From: Vicugna vicugna
Taxonomy: Eukaryota
Length of the DNA: 64,000 nucleotides
Assembly (NCBI GenBank): GCA_013265495.1
Contig: MU059972.1
Location: 1,307,525-1,371,524 of the forward strand
Direction of reading: 5' to 3'
The notes below the pieces were generated by a model. That model saw only the letters and a list, made by a program, of their open reading frames with translations, was not told where the DNA came from and searched no databases. The position numbers were made by a program, and so were the translations under genes. Shown here in pieces: positions 63,951 to 64,000 of the stretch; the stretch's first letter is position 1, and every line of letters starts with the position of its first letter.

Positions 63951-64000
63951 CTGGGTGATCGGGGCTCAGCTCCTCCACGGCGATCTGCACCACGTCCGCC
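63951..64000 (-). CDS. BANP: BANP coding exon 1 (partial; start codon beyond window edge)
   Basis: Encodes ADVVQIAVEELSPDHP+G; donor CAG|gtaggc at 63950. Confidence 0.95.

Larger units (their letters stand above)
12277..64000 (-). other. BANP: BANP (BTG3-associated nuclear protein / SMAR1) gene, coding span; 5' end lies outside the window
   Basis: Twelve minus-strand exons join in frame to give ADVVQIAVEELSPDHPVVLENHVVTDDDEPALKRQRLEISCQDPSIK...EDYPNGTWLGDENNPEMRVRCAIIPSDML...LEHGAIQIQ*, matching mammalian BANP as I recall it. All junctions are GT-AG with compatible phases. Confidence 0.98.

Overview
Mammalian (eukaryotic) genomic DNA, very GC-rich. Two tRNA-derived Vic-1-like SINEs point to a camelid (inference). 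The window is dominated by BANP (SMAR1; BEN-domain protein) on the minus strand. Twelve coding exons were reconstructed by hand from 64000 (truncated, about 7 N-terminal codons outside the window) down to the stop codon at 12277. All have GT-AG boundaries and matching phases (1489 nt of CDS in the window). A 3' UTR with AATAAA at 11775-11780 follows. Downstream lies a LINE-rich intergenic stretch with a 150-N assembly gap and a near-perfect 614/616-bp tandem duplication. At the left end is a CpG island (about 480-1340) with two consensus minus-strand splice donors, probably first exons of a transcript leaving the window (possibly distal ZNF469 exons by synteny, unverified). I found no convincing new protein-coding system; the many long six-frame ORFs are explained by high GC content. 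The most notable observations are: (i) ancient L1 relics, including about 1 kb of ORF2 RT, rewritten almost wholly AT->GC, consistent with strong GC-biased gene conversion; (ii) a perfect acceptor-donor (CAG|GTAAGT) site inside a BANP intron, either a recursive splice site or a poison exon; (iii) a triple AP-1/ARE enhancer-like cluster; (iv) a strong CTCF motif; (v) splice-site details that predict the isoform repertoire. Repeat-family calls and orthologue comparisons are from remembered consensus sequences, not database searches.
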